A program made the position numbers and the translations under genes. A stretch of 64,000 bases of DNA from Gemmatimonadota bacterium (GTDB lineage Bacteria; Gemmatimonadota; Gemmatimonadetes; Palauibacterales; Palauibacteraceae), in NCBI GenBank assembly GCA_020351855.1, contig CP070670.1, forward strand, positions 2,843,274 through 2,907,273, given 5' to 3'. Below are positions 9,036 to 18,319 of the stretch, in pieces; within the stretch, counting starts at the first letter, position 1, and the number at the start of each line of letters is the position of its first letter. The notes below the pieces were generated by a model. That model searched no databases. It saw nothing but the letters and a program-made list of their open reading frames with translations, and had not been told where the DNA came from.

Positions 9036-9445
9036 TGGACGCGGATCGGCGACGCCGCGTCGAGGAGCTGTTCGAGGGCACCCTCGACCGGCCCGCGGAG
9101 GACCGGGCATCCTTTCTCCGGAAGGCCTGCGGCGACGACCGGAAGCTGCAAGGAGAGGTCGAGCGGCTCCTCAGGGCGCACGCGAGGACAGCCGGACTGC
9201 TGGACGCCGAGAGACCCGAGCGACCCCCTCCGCCAGCCGGGCCGGCGGACGACCGGCGTGAGGCTCGGACTGCGCCCGGCGATGGCATGCGGGTCGGACC
9301 CTACCGGATTGTCCGCGAGCTGGGACGCGGCGGGATGGGGGTGGTCTACCTCGCGGAGCGGGCGGACGGTCAGTTCAGGCAACGGGTCTCCCTCAAGATG
9401 ATTCGGCGCGGACCGGAGGCTTCGGAGCTCGGCCGCCGGTTCTAG
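9035..9445 (+). CDS. Ser/Thr protein kinase, N-terminal fragment (conserved N-extension plus kinase N-lobe) ending at an in-frame TAG
   Basis: GRGGMGVVYLAER Gly-loop and VSLKMIRRGPEASELGRRF. TAG at 9443-9445 falls where the RFxxE motif is expected. The same frame continues as [21 protein letters not shown] up to 9539. Confidence 0.65.
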   Translation: MDADRRRRVEELFEGTLDRPAEDRASFLRKACGDDRKLQGEVERLLRAHARTAGLLDAERPERPPPPAGPADDRREARTAPGDGMRVGPYRIVRELGRGGMGVVYLAERADGQFRQRVSLKMIRRGPEASELGRRF

Positions 9446-9538
9446 ACCGAGCGCCAGATCCTCGCCGCGCTCAGCCACCCCAACATCGCCGCACTCCTCG
9501 ACGGCGGCGTCACCGACGATGGTCGCCCCTACCTGGTC

Positions 9539-12043
9539 ATGGAGTACGTGGACGGCCTGCCGATCGACGCGTTCTGCAGCCGAAAGCTCCTGGGCCTGCG
9601 CGAGCGCCTCAAGCTCTTCTGCACCGTCGCCCGAGCCGTTCAGCACGCCCATCGCAATCTCATCGTTCACCGCGATCTGAAGCCGTCCAACATCCTGGTC
9701 ACGCCCGATGGGCACGTGAAGCTCCTCGATTTCGGGATCGCCAAGATCCTCGACCCGACGCTCCTCGAGGGTGGCGCACCGGAGACCCGTACCGGCCTTC
9801 TCCTGATGACGCCGGAGTACGCGAGCCCCGAGCAGGTCCGGGCCGAGCCGATCACGACCGCCGCCGATGTCTATGCGCTGGGCGTCGTGCTCTACGAGCT
9901 GCTCGCCGGGCGGCGTCCCTTCCAGCTGATCGGGCGGACAGCGGCCGAGGCGGAGCGCATCATCACGGAAGAGGAGCCGTCGAGGCCGAGCGGCGCGGTC
10001 GCGCCCGATGCCGGACCGGAGTCCCAGCGCCTGCAGCGCGCACTTCGCGGAGACCTGGACCGTATCGTGCTCATGGCGCTGCGCAAGGAGCCGGGCCGCC
10101 GCTACGCCTCCGCCGAGCAGATGGCAGAGGACGTGGAGCGGCATCTGGCGGGATTGCCGGTCATCGCTCAGGGCGACTCGGCGGCCTATCGGGCGCGCAA
10201 GTTCGTCGGCCGCCACAGAGCCGGGGTGACGGCCGCGGCGGCGGTCGCGATCGCCCTCTTAGGCGGGGTGGTGCTCGCTACCATCGGGATGGTCAGGGCC
10301 GGCCGCGCCGAGGCGGTCGCGCGCGCGGAAGCCGAGACGGCGCACCAGGTCTCCGATTTTCTCGTGGATCTATTCGAGGTGTCTGACCCGGGGGAGGCGC
10401 TCGGGAACACGATCACCGCGCGCGAAATCCTGGACGAGGGAGCCGCCCGGATCGCCACGGAGCTCGGGGACCAGCCGCTCGTCCAGGCGCGCCTCATGGG
10501 CACGATCGGAGACATCTACACCAAGCTCGGCCTCTACGATCGGGCGCAGCCGCTTCTCGAGTCCGCACTCTCCGTCCGTACCGGCCAGCTAGGGGCGGAG
10601 CACCCGGAGGTCGCAGCCAGCGCTCGGAGTCTAGGTCAACTCCATGCGGATCGGGGCGACCTCATCGGGGCGGACACGCTCTACGTCCGGGCGCTCACGA
10701 CGTTCGAAGAAGCGCTGGGAACGGAGGATCTCGAAGTCGCAAGGACGCTCGGCATGCGCGCCGATGTGGCGCGCCGGGAGAGCCGGTACGAAGAGGCCAT
10801 CGCTTTCGAGCAGCGGGCTCTCGCCATCCGCCAGGCCGCGCTGGGGCCAGAGGATCCGGCGGTGGCCTCCAGCTGGAACGGACTGGCGGCGATCTTCGCG
10901 AGGCAGGGCCGGCTCTCCGAGGCGGAGGATGCGTTCCGCCAAGCGCTGCGGATCCGCGAGAAGACGCTGGGTCCGGATCACCCGGACGTCGCCGTCACCC
11001 TGTCGGACATGGCCACCACCGTCGGCCGTATGGGGCGGGACGAAGAGGCCGAGCCCATGCTGCAGCGAGCCCTGGCCATTTTCGAGGCAAGCCTGGGCCC
11101 GGAGCACCGCTCGGTGGCGTCGGTGCTGCTGAACCTCGGCAGCCTGAAGGGCCGGCAGGGCAGAATGAAAGAGTCGGAAGCCTACTTCCTGCGCTCCGCA
11201 GCGATCCGCGCGGGAGTGTTCGGGCCCGATCATCCGGAGACCGCGCTGGCCTACAAGAACCTGGCGCTCGGATATCTGCTGATGGCCGACTACGCGGCGG
11301 CCGAATCCTACCTGAGGAGGACGATCGCCATCGAGGAAGGCGCCTTCGGAAGAGAGCACCTCGCCGTCGCCTGGGACTATCTCACCCTCGCGGGCCTGTA
11401 CGTGCGGCTCGCCCGCTACGGGGAGGCGGAGGAAAACTACCGCGTGGGCCTCGCCGCCCTCGAAGCGATCGTCGGCTCGGAGCACCCGCAGACGGCCAGA
11501 GCCCTGCGCGGGCTGGGGCAGGTGGCGCTGCGCCGCGGCAATGCCTCGGCGGCCGCCGAGCTGTACGGGCGGTCGTTGTCGATTCTCCGGAAGACGGTCG
11601 GCGAGGAGAACCAGGAGGTCGCCTCCAGCCTCGATGGTCTGGGCATGGTGCACTATCGGGCAGGCGAGTACGCGGAGGCGGCGACGCTGCACGAGCAGGC
11701 GCTGGCGATGCGGGAGAAGACCACGCGGCCCGATCACCCCGCGGTATCGGAGACGCTCTGGAAGCTGGCGGATGCCCGTCTGGCGCTCGGCCAGGCCGAG
11801 GAAGCCGAGGGGCTCTGCCGCCGGGCCATCTCGATCTCGGAGACGGCTCACGGCGGCGGTCACCCCGACGTCGCGCAGGGGCTCCACGGGCTCGGCGCCG
11901 CCCTGGCGGCTCGGGGAGAGGCGGAGGAGGCACGCGTCGCCTGGGAACGCGCCCTCGAGATCCGGACCGCCGTGCTCGGAGAGGAGCACCCCGACACACG
12001 CGAGACCGCCGCTCGCCTGGCGCAGCTCCGCAGCGCCCGCTGA
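9539..12043 (+). CDS. Ser/Thr protein kinase continuation (C-lobe [16 protein letters not shown]) plus TM helix plus long TPR-repeat region. Same frame as 9035..9445, i.e. one gene interrupted by a TAG
   Basis: [17 protein letters not shown] and SPEQ motifs; a TM segment [23 protein letters not shown]; at least 10 TPR-like repeats to the stop at 12043. Confidence 0.75.
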   Translation: MEYVDGLPIDAFCSRKLLGLRERLKLFCTVARAVQHAHRNLIVHRDLKPSNILVTPDGHVKLLDFGIAKILDPTLLEGGAPETRTGLLLMTPEYASPEQVRAEPITTAADVYALGVVLYELLAGRRPFQLIGRTAAEAERIITEEEPSRPSGAVAPDAGPESQRLQRALRGDLDRIVLMALRKEPGRRYASAEQMAEDVERHLAGLPVIAQGDSAAYRARKFVGRHRAGVTAAAAVAIALLGGVVLATIGMVRAGRAEAVARAEAETAHQVSDFLVDLFEVSDPGEALGNTITAREILDEGAARIATELGDQPLVQARLMGTIGDIYTKLGLYDRAQPLLESALSVRTGQLGAEHPEVAASARSLGQLHADRGDLIGADTLYVRALTTFEEALGTEDLEVARTLGMRADVARRESRYEEAIAFEQRALAIRQAALGPEDPAVASSWNGLAAIFARQGRLSEAEDAFRQALRIREKTLGPDHPDVAVTLSDMATTVGRMGRDEEAEPMLQRALAIFEASLGPEHRSVASVLLNLGSLKGRQGRMKESEAYFLRSAAIRAGVFGPDHPETALAYKNLALGYLLMADYAAAESYLRRTIAIEEGAFGREHLAVAWDYLTLAGLYVRLARYGEAEENYRVGLAALEAIVGSEHPQTARALRGLGQVALRRGNASAAAELYGRSLSILRKTVGEENQEVASSLDGLGMVHYRAGEYAEAATLHEQALAMREKTTRPDHPAVSETLWKLADARLALGQAEEAEGLCRRAISISETAHGGGHPDVAQGLHGLGAALAARGEAEEARVAWERALEIRTAVLGEEHPDTRETAARLAQLRSAR

Positions 12044-12137
12044 GCGCCACACCGCCCGCGCAGAGCACCACTCCGCCCGTCCCCGCCTGCCCCTTCACCG
12101 GCCGCGCGGGCCGGCGACAGATCCTCCCGCCACGGCG

Positions 12138-12154
12138 TTGAGAATCGTTCTCAA
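12138..12154. promoter_or_regulatory. Perfect 7-3-7 palindrome TTGAGAATCGTTCTCAA about 55 nt upstream of feoB; candidate Fur-family operator
   Basis: An AT-rich inverted repeat in an otherwise GC-rich intergenic region, followed by TAGGTTAAGATCC. Its position fits a feoB promoter. Confidence 0.35.
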
Positions 12155-12208
12155 CTAGGTTAAGATCCTCGGCGAACGCATCCAGGCGAAACGGGGGAGA
12201 GAAGACGC

Positions 12209-14248
12209 GTGACGCACTGCGCGGTTGAAGGCGACACACTCGAGGCACAGGATCGGCGCGACGACGGAAGGGGGACTATCCTCCTCGTCGGCAACCCGAA
12301 CGTGGGCAAGAGCGTTCTCTTCAGGAACCTCACGCAGCGGTACGTCACGGTGTCGAACTACCCCGGCACGACAGTCGAGGTGGTGCGCGCTCGCGCCCGC
12401 TTCGACGGGCGCACGACCGACGTCGTAGACACGCCCGGCCTCAACGACCTCCTCCCGCGCAGCGACGATGCGAGGGTCACCCTGGAGATCCTGCAGGAGA
12501 ACCCGGACGCCACCGTCGTGCAGGTGGCGGACGCCAAGAACCTCAGGCGGGCGCTGCTGCTGACCCTTCAGCTGGCGGAGCTCGGAAGGCCGATGGTGCT
12601 CGTCCTCAACATGCTGGACGAGCTGGAGGAGCGAGGAGGGCGGATCGACTCGGACCGGCTGGCCGAGATCCTCGGAATCCCGGTCGTCGAGACGATCGCG
12701 CTGCGGGACTACGGAACGGCAGCCGTCGCGGCAGCCGTGCCGCAAGCGCGGACCTCCCGGCTGAACGGGGACCATGCGGCGCGGGCCGGCAACGGGCGGA
12801 ACGATCGGGCCTCGCCCCAAACCGTGCGGCCCCTCCCGATCGTTCCGCCCGAGGCGCGTCCGGATCCGTACGAGGCGAATCGACTGCGCCTCGAGCGCGT
12901 GAAGGGGATCCTGGCCGAGACCTACTCGATCGCCCCCCCAGCGAAGCCGTCCTTCAAGGTCAGACTGGGGTTCTGGGCCATGCATCCGGTCAAGGGGCTC
13001 TTTTTCCTTGCCGCGGTGCTGTTCTCGGTATTCTGGTTCGTCGGCCTGTTCGGTGCGGGCACGCTGGTCGACCTGCTCGAGGTGGGCGGTTTCAATCAGC
13101 GCCTGAACCCGCTGGCCATTCAGGCCACGGATCGCGTCCTGCCCTTCCCGCATCAGCACCTCACCGAGCTCATCCGGCAGCCGATCGCTCTTCCGATGTC
13201 GCCCGCCCACGAAGTGGAGATCGGGATGCTCGAGAAGAGCGCCGTGATGCCGGCCTACACGGTGCCGCCCGACGCGTCCTCGAGCCCCATCCAGCAGGTG
13301 TTCCGCTTCGTGCACGATTTCCTGGTCGGCGAGTACGGGCTGATCACGATGGCGCTCAGCTACGCGTTCGCCATCGTGCTGCCGATCGTCACGACGTTCT
13401 TCCTCGTGTTCAGCCTCCTGGAGGACTCCGGATACTTCTCGCGGATGGCGATCATGCTGAACCGGACGCTGCGCCGGATCGGCCTGAACGGAAAGGCCGT
13501 GCTCCCCATGATCCTCGGTCTGGGGTGCGCGACGATGGCCACGATGACGACGCGCATCCTCGAGACGCGCAAGGAGCGGGTCGTGACCACGATGCTGCTC
13601 GCCCTGGCGGTACCCTGCTCCGCCCAGCTGGGAGTACTGCTCGCGATGATGGCCACGCTATCGCCGGCGGGGGCGATTGTATGGCTGGGGCTCGTGATCG
13701 GCATTCTCCTCGCCGTGGGGTGGCTGAGCGCGCGCGTGTTCGGTGGAGAGACGAGCGAGTTCATCCTGGAAATCCCGCCGATGCGGCGGCCCCAGCTCTC
13801 GAACGTGACCGTCAAGACGCTGAGCCGTCTCGAGTGGTACCTGAAGGAAGTCATGCCGATCTTCGTGATCGGAACCGCGCTCCTCTTCCTCCTGGATCGG
13901 CTCCAGCTGCTGGAGGCGATCGGCCGAGCTTCCCAACCCATCGTCACCGGCTGGCTGGGCCTTCCGAGCGAGATGGCCAACGCCTTCCTCGTCGGCTTCA
14001 TGCGTCGGGACTTCGGGGCCGTATACATTCTCGATGCGGTCACGGCCTCCGATCCGATCCTCACGTCGCTGCAGATCTTCGTTGCCATGGTCACGATCAC
14101 CCTCTTCATGCCCTGTGTGGCCACGTTCCTGATGATCGCCCGCGAGCACGGCACGAAGACGGCCCTCAGGATGTCCGCGTTCATCTTCCCGTTCGCCTTC
14201 TTGGTCGGCGGGCTCGTCTACCGTCTGGGACGATGGCTCCCCCTCTAG
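12209..14248 (+). CDS. feoB: Ferrous iron transporter FeoB (G-domain plus polytopic membrane domain)
   Basis: LLVGNPNVGKS P-loop, DTPG, NMLD, followed by gate and membrane helices. RBS GGGGGAGAGAAG precedes the GTG. Confidence 0.85.
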   Translation: MTHCAVEGDTLEAQDRRDDGRGTILLVGNPNVGKSVLFRNLTQRYVTVSNYPGTTVEVVRARARFDGRTTDVVDTPGLNDLLPRSDDARVTLEILQENPDATVVQVADAKNLRRALLLTLQLAELGRPMVLVLNMLDELEERGGRIDSDRLAEILGIPVVETIALRDYGTAAVAAAVPQARTSRLNGDHAARAGNGRNDRASPQTVRPLPIVPPEARPDPYEANRLRLERVKGILAETYSIAPPAKPSFKVRLGFWAMHPVKGLFFLAAVLFSVFWFVGLFGAGTLVDLLEVGGFNQRLNPLAIQATDRVLPFPHQHLTELIRQPIALPMSPAHEVEIGMLEKSAVMPAYTVPPDASSSPIQQVFRFVHDFLVGEYGLITMALSYAFAIVLPIVTTFFLVFSLLEDSGYFSRMAIMLNRTLRRIGLNGKAVLPMILGLGCATMATMTTRILETRKERVVTTMLLALAVPCSAQLGVLLAMMATLSPAGAIVWLGLVIGILLAVGWLSARVFGGETSEFILEIPPMRRPQLSNVTVKTLSRLEWYLKEVMPIFVIGTALLFLLDRLQLLEAIGRASQPIVTGWLGLPSEMANAFLVGFMRRDFGAVYILDAVTASDPILTSLQIFVAMVTITLFMPCVATFLMIAREHGTKTALRMSAFIFPFAFLVGGLVYRLGRWLPL

Positions 14249-14712
14249 GCAGCGCGGAGCTGCGGCTGGCGGCCGCAGAGGGCTCGGTGTGGGTGAGTTG
14301 CCCGATGTGCGGGTACGAGTTCGACCGCGAGGATACGCTGTGCGGACACGGCTGCCCGCTCGGCTCCCTCTGCAACCTCGTGCGCTGCTCCAACTGCGGT
14401 TACGAGTTCCCCGATGCACCGAGGCGGCGATCCTGGCTCAGACGGCTGTTGTCGCGTGAAGCCAAGCCCTCGCGGCTTCCGCCCGACGTACGGTCGGTGA
14501 GCGCCCTGGAGCCCGGCGAGACGGCGAGCGTCGTATGCATGGGCGAGCGCAAGGGATCGCGCTACGGGACGCTCTCCGCCTTCGGGCTCGTCGCCGGTGC
14601 CGAGGTGATGCTGATCCAGCGACGTCCCTCCTGCGTCGTCAAGATCGGGGAGACCGAGCTGGCGCTCGACCCGGAGATCGCGGAGGAGCTCCTGGTGCGG
14701 CCTCTCGGCTGA
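14233..14712 (+). CDS. Zinc-ribbon / FeoA-domain fusion protein
   Basis: CPMCGYEF...CGHGCPLGSLCNLVRCSNCGYEF (4 Cys pairs), then a FeoA-like SH3 domain LEPGETASVVCMGE...GLVAGAEVMLIQRRPSCVVKIGETELALDPEIAEELLV. The start is uncertain: ATG 14233 overlaps the feoB end; alternatives are GTG 14287 and ATG 14305. Confidence 0.55.
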   Translation: MAPPLGSAELRLAAAEGSVWVSCPMCGYEFDREDTLCGHGCPLGSLCNLVRCSNCGYEFPDAPRRRSWLRRLLSREAKPSRLPPDVRSVSALEPGETASVVCMGERKGSRYGTLSAFGLVAGAEVMLIQRRPSCVVKIGETELALDPEIAEELLVRPLG

Positions 14713-14721
14713 ACGCTCCGG

Positions 14722-16065
14722 CTACGGCCCGACCGCCAGCCGATAGAGGAGCCCAGCGGCGGCGCTGAGCCCCAGCACGGGCAGCATCCCCGCGCGGAAC
14801 CGGGTGAGTGCCACGAGGGCGAGCAGCACGAGGGCCACCGCCACGGGATCCACGGTGCTCCACACGGGAAGGAGAAGATCCATGCCCAGGTCGCGGACCG
14901 TGCGGGTGCCGGTGAACAGGGCGTGGACGGCGAACCAGACCGACAGATTGAGCATCACGCCCACCACGGCGGCGGTGATCGCCGAGAGCGCCGCGCCGAG
15001 CGAACGCCGCCCGCGCAGGTGCTCGATGTAGGGTGCGCCGACGAAGATCCACAGAAAGCACGGCGCGAACGTCACCCAGGTCGTGACGACCGATCCGATC
15101 AGGCCCGCCAGCATGGGGTGGAGAAGACCCGGGTTGCGGTACGCGCCCATGAAGCCGACGAACTGCACCACCTGAATGAGGGGCCCCGGCGTGGACTCCG
15201 CCATCCCCAGACCATCCAGCATCTCCCCGGGAGCCAGCCAGCCGTAGGTGGCGACTGCCTTCTGGGCGATATAGGCGAGCACCGCGTAGGCGCCGCCAAA
15301 CGTGACGACGGCCGTCTTGCTGAAGAAGACTCCCTCGGTGACGAAGATGTCGGCTCCGCCCAGCACGACAGCCAGCGCTCCCACCGGCAGCCACCAGATC
15401 GCCAGCCAGATGGCAGCCGTGCGCAGCGTGCGCCCCCACGCGGGGAGGACGGTAGCCTCGTCGGCGTCGCGGCCGAGATCCCCGGGGATCTCGGCCCATG
15501 GAGGACGCAGTCTTCCGGCTGCCGCTCCGATCAGGCCCGCCCCGGCGATGATGATCGGGAAGGAGAGGTCGAAGGCATAGATCGCCAGGAAGGCGGCGGC
15601 GGCCAGACCGGCCATCAGCCGGTTGGTCAGGGCCCGGCGTCCGAGGCGCGCCAGAGCCACCACGACGATCGCGAGCACGGCCGGCTTGAGGCCGTAGAAG
15701 AAGGCCTGCACGAGGCTGGCATCGCGGAAGCTGGCGTAGAGCACGCTCAGCAGAAGGATCGACAGGAAGCCCGGCAGGATGAACAACCCGCCCGCCACCA
15801 GGCCACCGCGCCAGCCATGGAGGAGCCAGCCGGTGTAGGTCGCCAGCTGCTGCGCCTCGGGGCCCGGAAGGAGCATGCAGTAGTTGAGCGCATGGAGGAA
15901 CCGACCCTGGCTCACCCAGCGCTTCTCGTCGACCAGGATCGTCTGCATGACGGCGATCTGTCCGGCGGGGCCGCCGAAGCTGTTGACCGCCACCCTCACC
16001 CAGGCGCGCAGTGCCTCCCGGAACGGGACGACACCGTTCACCCGGGCCTCACGTCCTTCCCGCAA
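14722..16065 (-). CDS. chrA: Chromate transporter ChrA (two-domain CHR family)
   Basis: 447 aa with duplicated CHR halves (AVNSFGGPAGQIAVMQ... and VTFGGAYAVLAYIAQ...). TTG start at 16065, with a GTG alternative at 16041. Confidence 0.8.
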   Translation of the reverse strand: MREGREARVNGVVPFREALRAWVRVAVNSFGGPAGQIAVMQTILVDEKRWVSQGRFLHALNYCMLLPGPEAQQLATYTGWLLHGWRGGLVAGGLFILPGFLSILLLSVLYASFRDASLVQAFFYGLKPAVLAIVVVALARLGRRALTNRLMAGLAAAAFLAIYAFDLSFPIIIAGAGLIGAAAGRLRPPWAEIPGDLGRDADEATVLPAWGRTLRTAAIWLAIWWLPVGALAVVLGGADIFVTEGVFFSKTAVVTFGGAYAVLAYIAQKAVATYGWLAPGEMLDGLGMAESTPGPLIQVVQFVGFMGAYRNPGLLHPMLAGLIGSVVTTWVTFAPCFLWIFVGAPYIEHLRGRRSLGAALSAITAAVVGVMLNLSVWFAVHALFTGTRTVRDLGMDLLLPVWSTVDPVAVALVLLALVALTRFRAGMLPVLGLSAAAGLLYRLAVGP

Positions 16066-16193
16066 TCAAGCTGCAGCTTCTGACCCCGTCAGGTGCCGGA
16101 AAATCACACCTCCCTCCAGTTCTCCGACTGCTCGAAAACCGAGGCGGCGCGATAGGTCTTCGCCCCCTCCGGTCTGACCGCTCTGCCGGCTTC

Positions 16194-17168
16194 CTAGCCG
16201 GCAAGCTGGCCCTCCTCGGCGGATGCGCAGGCCGACGCGATGAGGCCGGCCAGGCGGGCATTCTGCTCCAGCAGCGCCCGGTTTGCCTTGACCGCCCGTC
16301 CGGCAGTCTGCTCGGCGATCCGGCCGAGAAGGAAAGGCGTGACCGCCTTGCCGTGGATGCCGGCCTGCTCGGCCGCCTTCACCGCGGCCTCGACCATGGC
16401 CTCGACCTGCTGACCGGGCAGAGCCGACCCGCGCGGTGGGGGGTTGCAGAGTAGGACACCGCCGGACAGGCCGAGCTCGCCCAGCCGCCGGATGAGCCGC
16501 GCCGCCTCGGCGGGGGAATCGATCCGGTGCTCCAGCCGCAACCCGCTCTCCCGAGCGTAGAATGCCGGGAACTCATCGGTACCGTAGCCCGCAACGGCAA
16601 CGCCGGCGGCCTCGAGCGCCTCGAGGGTCGCCGGCAGGTCCAGGATGGCCTTGGCTCCGGAGCACACCACGGCGACGGAAGTCCTCCCCAGTTCGAGGAT
16701 GTCGGCCGAGATGTCCAGACGTCGCCCGGTCCCCCGGTGAACGCCCCCGATCCCCCCCGTAGCCATGACCTCGATCCCTGTGCGGCGGGCGACAAAGGCG
16801 GTGGCCGCCACGGTCGTGGCTCCCGAGCCGCCGGCGGCGGACAGCACGGCGAGGTCTCGCGTGCTCGCCTTCGGGATCCGCGGCCCGCGCGCCAGCGCCG
16901 CCACCTCCTCCGGGCCGAGCCCCACGCAGATGCGACCATCCAGCACGGCGACCAGGGCCGGTACGGCACCGCCCTCCCGCACCGCCGCGTCCATCCGGGC
17001 TGCACACTCCAGGTTGTGCGGTGCGGGCAGGCCGTGGACGATGACGGTCGACTCCAGGGCGACAACGGCGCCGCCCCGCTCCAGCTGCTCGCGCACCTCG
17101 GGACGGATCTCGATCGGCCCGCCGTCTCGCAGGCGATCGCGCCCTCGAGCCTCTCCCCGGCCACGCAC
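16194..17168 (-). CDS. psuG: Pseudouridine-5'-phosphate glycosidase PsuG (IndA family)
   Basis: VVALESTVIVHGLPAPHNLE... matches the PsuG N-terminus. Lies 6 nt after psuK. Confidence 0.8.
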   Translation of the reverse strand: MRGRGEARGRDRLRDGGPIEIRPEVREQLERGGAVVALESTVIVHGLPAPHNLECAARMDAAVREGGAVPALVAVLDGRICVGLGPEEVAALARGPRIPKASTRDLAVLSAAGGSGATTVAATAFVARRTGIEVMATGGIGGVHRGTGRRLDISADILELGRTSVAVVCSGAKAILDLPATLEALEAAGVAVAGYGTDEFPAFYARESGLRLEHRIDSPAEAARLIRRLGELGLSGGVLLCNPPPRGSALPGQQVEAMVEAAVKAAEQAGIHGKAVTPFLLGRIAEQTAGRAVKANRALLEQNARLAGLIASACASAEEGQLAG

Positions 17169-17173
17169 GCCGA

Positions 17174-18106
17174 TCAGCCGGCCCGGGCCCGCTCGCGGAT
17201 GCTCGGCGCGGAGATCTCCGACAGCGCCCCGCCCGATTCGAGCACCACGCTCGCTGCCGCCAGCCCGAGCCTCACCGGGTCGGGCTCCTCGGTAACCAGG
17301 CCGTAGATGTAGCCGGCTATGAGGGCATCACCCGCACCGGTCGGGTCGCGCAGACGCCCGTGCGGGACGATGGGAGGCACGGCCTCGCGGCGCTCCCGAT
17401 CGGCCACGTAGACCCCTTCCGCCCCGAGGGTGACGATCACCGCCGCGGGACCCAGCTCCAGCAGCCGCGCCGCCGCCGCGGCGACCTCCGCCTCGTTCCT
17501 CACCTGCATGCGGGTCAGCCGCTCGAGCTCCTGACGGTCGGGGAATACCGCTTCGAGGAGCGGAAGGACCGGGCAAAGCCGATCCGCCTTCACCACCGAG
17601 ACCGGGTCCGCGAGGATGGTGGTCCCCGGGCTCCTGAATGCCAGAAGCCGCTCGATCGTCTCGGCACTCAGGTTGGAGTCCACGAACCAGAGCTCCCGGT
17701 CGGCGAGCGGGGCGGCAAGGCCCTCTGCCCAGGTCGGGTCCGCCTCGTCGAGAATCGCCATGTCGGCGAGGCCGAACTCCAGTCTGCCGCTGGGTCCGAG
17801 GACGGCCGTGTAGTCGCCCGTGGGATGCCGCGAGGACCGTCTGACGCCGCTCGTGTCGACTCCGGCGCCCCGCAGGTCCGCCAGCAGGCGCCGGCCCGGC
17901 TCGTCCTCCCCCACGATCGAGAAGAGCGCGACATCGCAACCGAGCCGCGCCAGGGCCTCTGCCACGTTGCGGGCCACGCCGCCCGCTCGGGTCTCGCAGA
18001 CCACCGGGTTCGACGTGCCGGGGCGTAGCGGTCCCGACACGATGCAGCGGCGGTCGACGCTCGCCCCGCCGATGCAGGCGATGGAGCGCGGATTGGCAGC
18101 GTTCAT
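17174..18106 (-). CDS. psuK: PfkB-family pseudouridine kinase PsuK
   Basis: PfkB ribokinase-like fold motifs (IGGASVD..., DPTGAGDALIAGYIYGL) immediately upstream of psuG. Confidence 0.75.
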   Translation of the reverse strand: MNAANPRSIACIGGASVDRRCIVSGPLRPGTSNPVVCETRAGGVARNVAEALARLGCDVALFSIVGEDEPGRRLLADLRGAGVDTSGVRRSSRHPTGDYTAVLGPSGRLEFGLADMAILDEADPTWAEGLAAPLADRELWFVDSNLSAETIERLLAFRSPGTTILADPVSVVKADRLCPVLPLLEAVFPDRQELERLTRMQVRNEAEVAAAAARLLELGPAAVIVTLGAEGVYVADRERREAVPPIVPHGRLRDPTGAGDALIAGYIYGLVTEEPDPVRLGLAAASVVLESGGALSEISAPSIRERARAG

Positions 18107-18319
18107 GCCCTAATCCTCTGTCGCGGGGATCCGCCGGGCAACGGAAAAGCCTTCCCCGCCCGGCGATCGACAGCCATCATGATTTTCATTCCGGCCAATG
18201 TCGATGGCCGGCGACGTCGACGTTTTCCGCATCCATCGGTTGGTGCCCACCGGTTGACCCGGCTTGGACCCGGCAGCCGAATCGAATCCGCGCTCGAAGC
18301 CGAGAGAGGGAGAGGAAGC

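Noticed and set aside
9443-9445. Possibility that TAG is a reassigned sense codon (amber suppression or pyrrolysine-like recoding)
   Set aside because: TAG is the terminator of many clearly complete genes in this window (sigma factor, feoB, OsmC, PQQ-ADH, DLH, M48, chrA). There are no pyl genes or methylamine methyltransferases. Only two in-frame cases occur, and both are best explained as nonsense lesions or errors.
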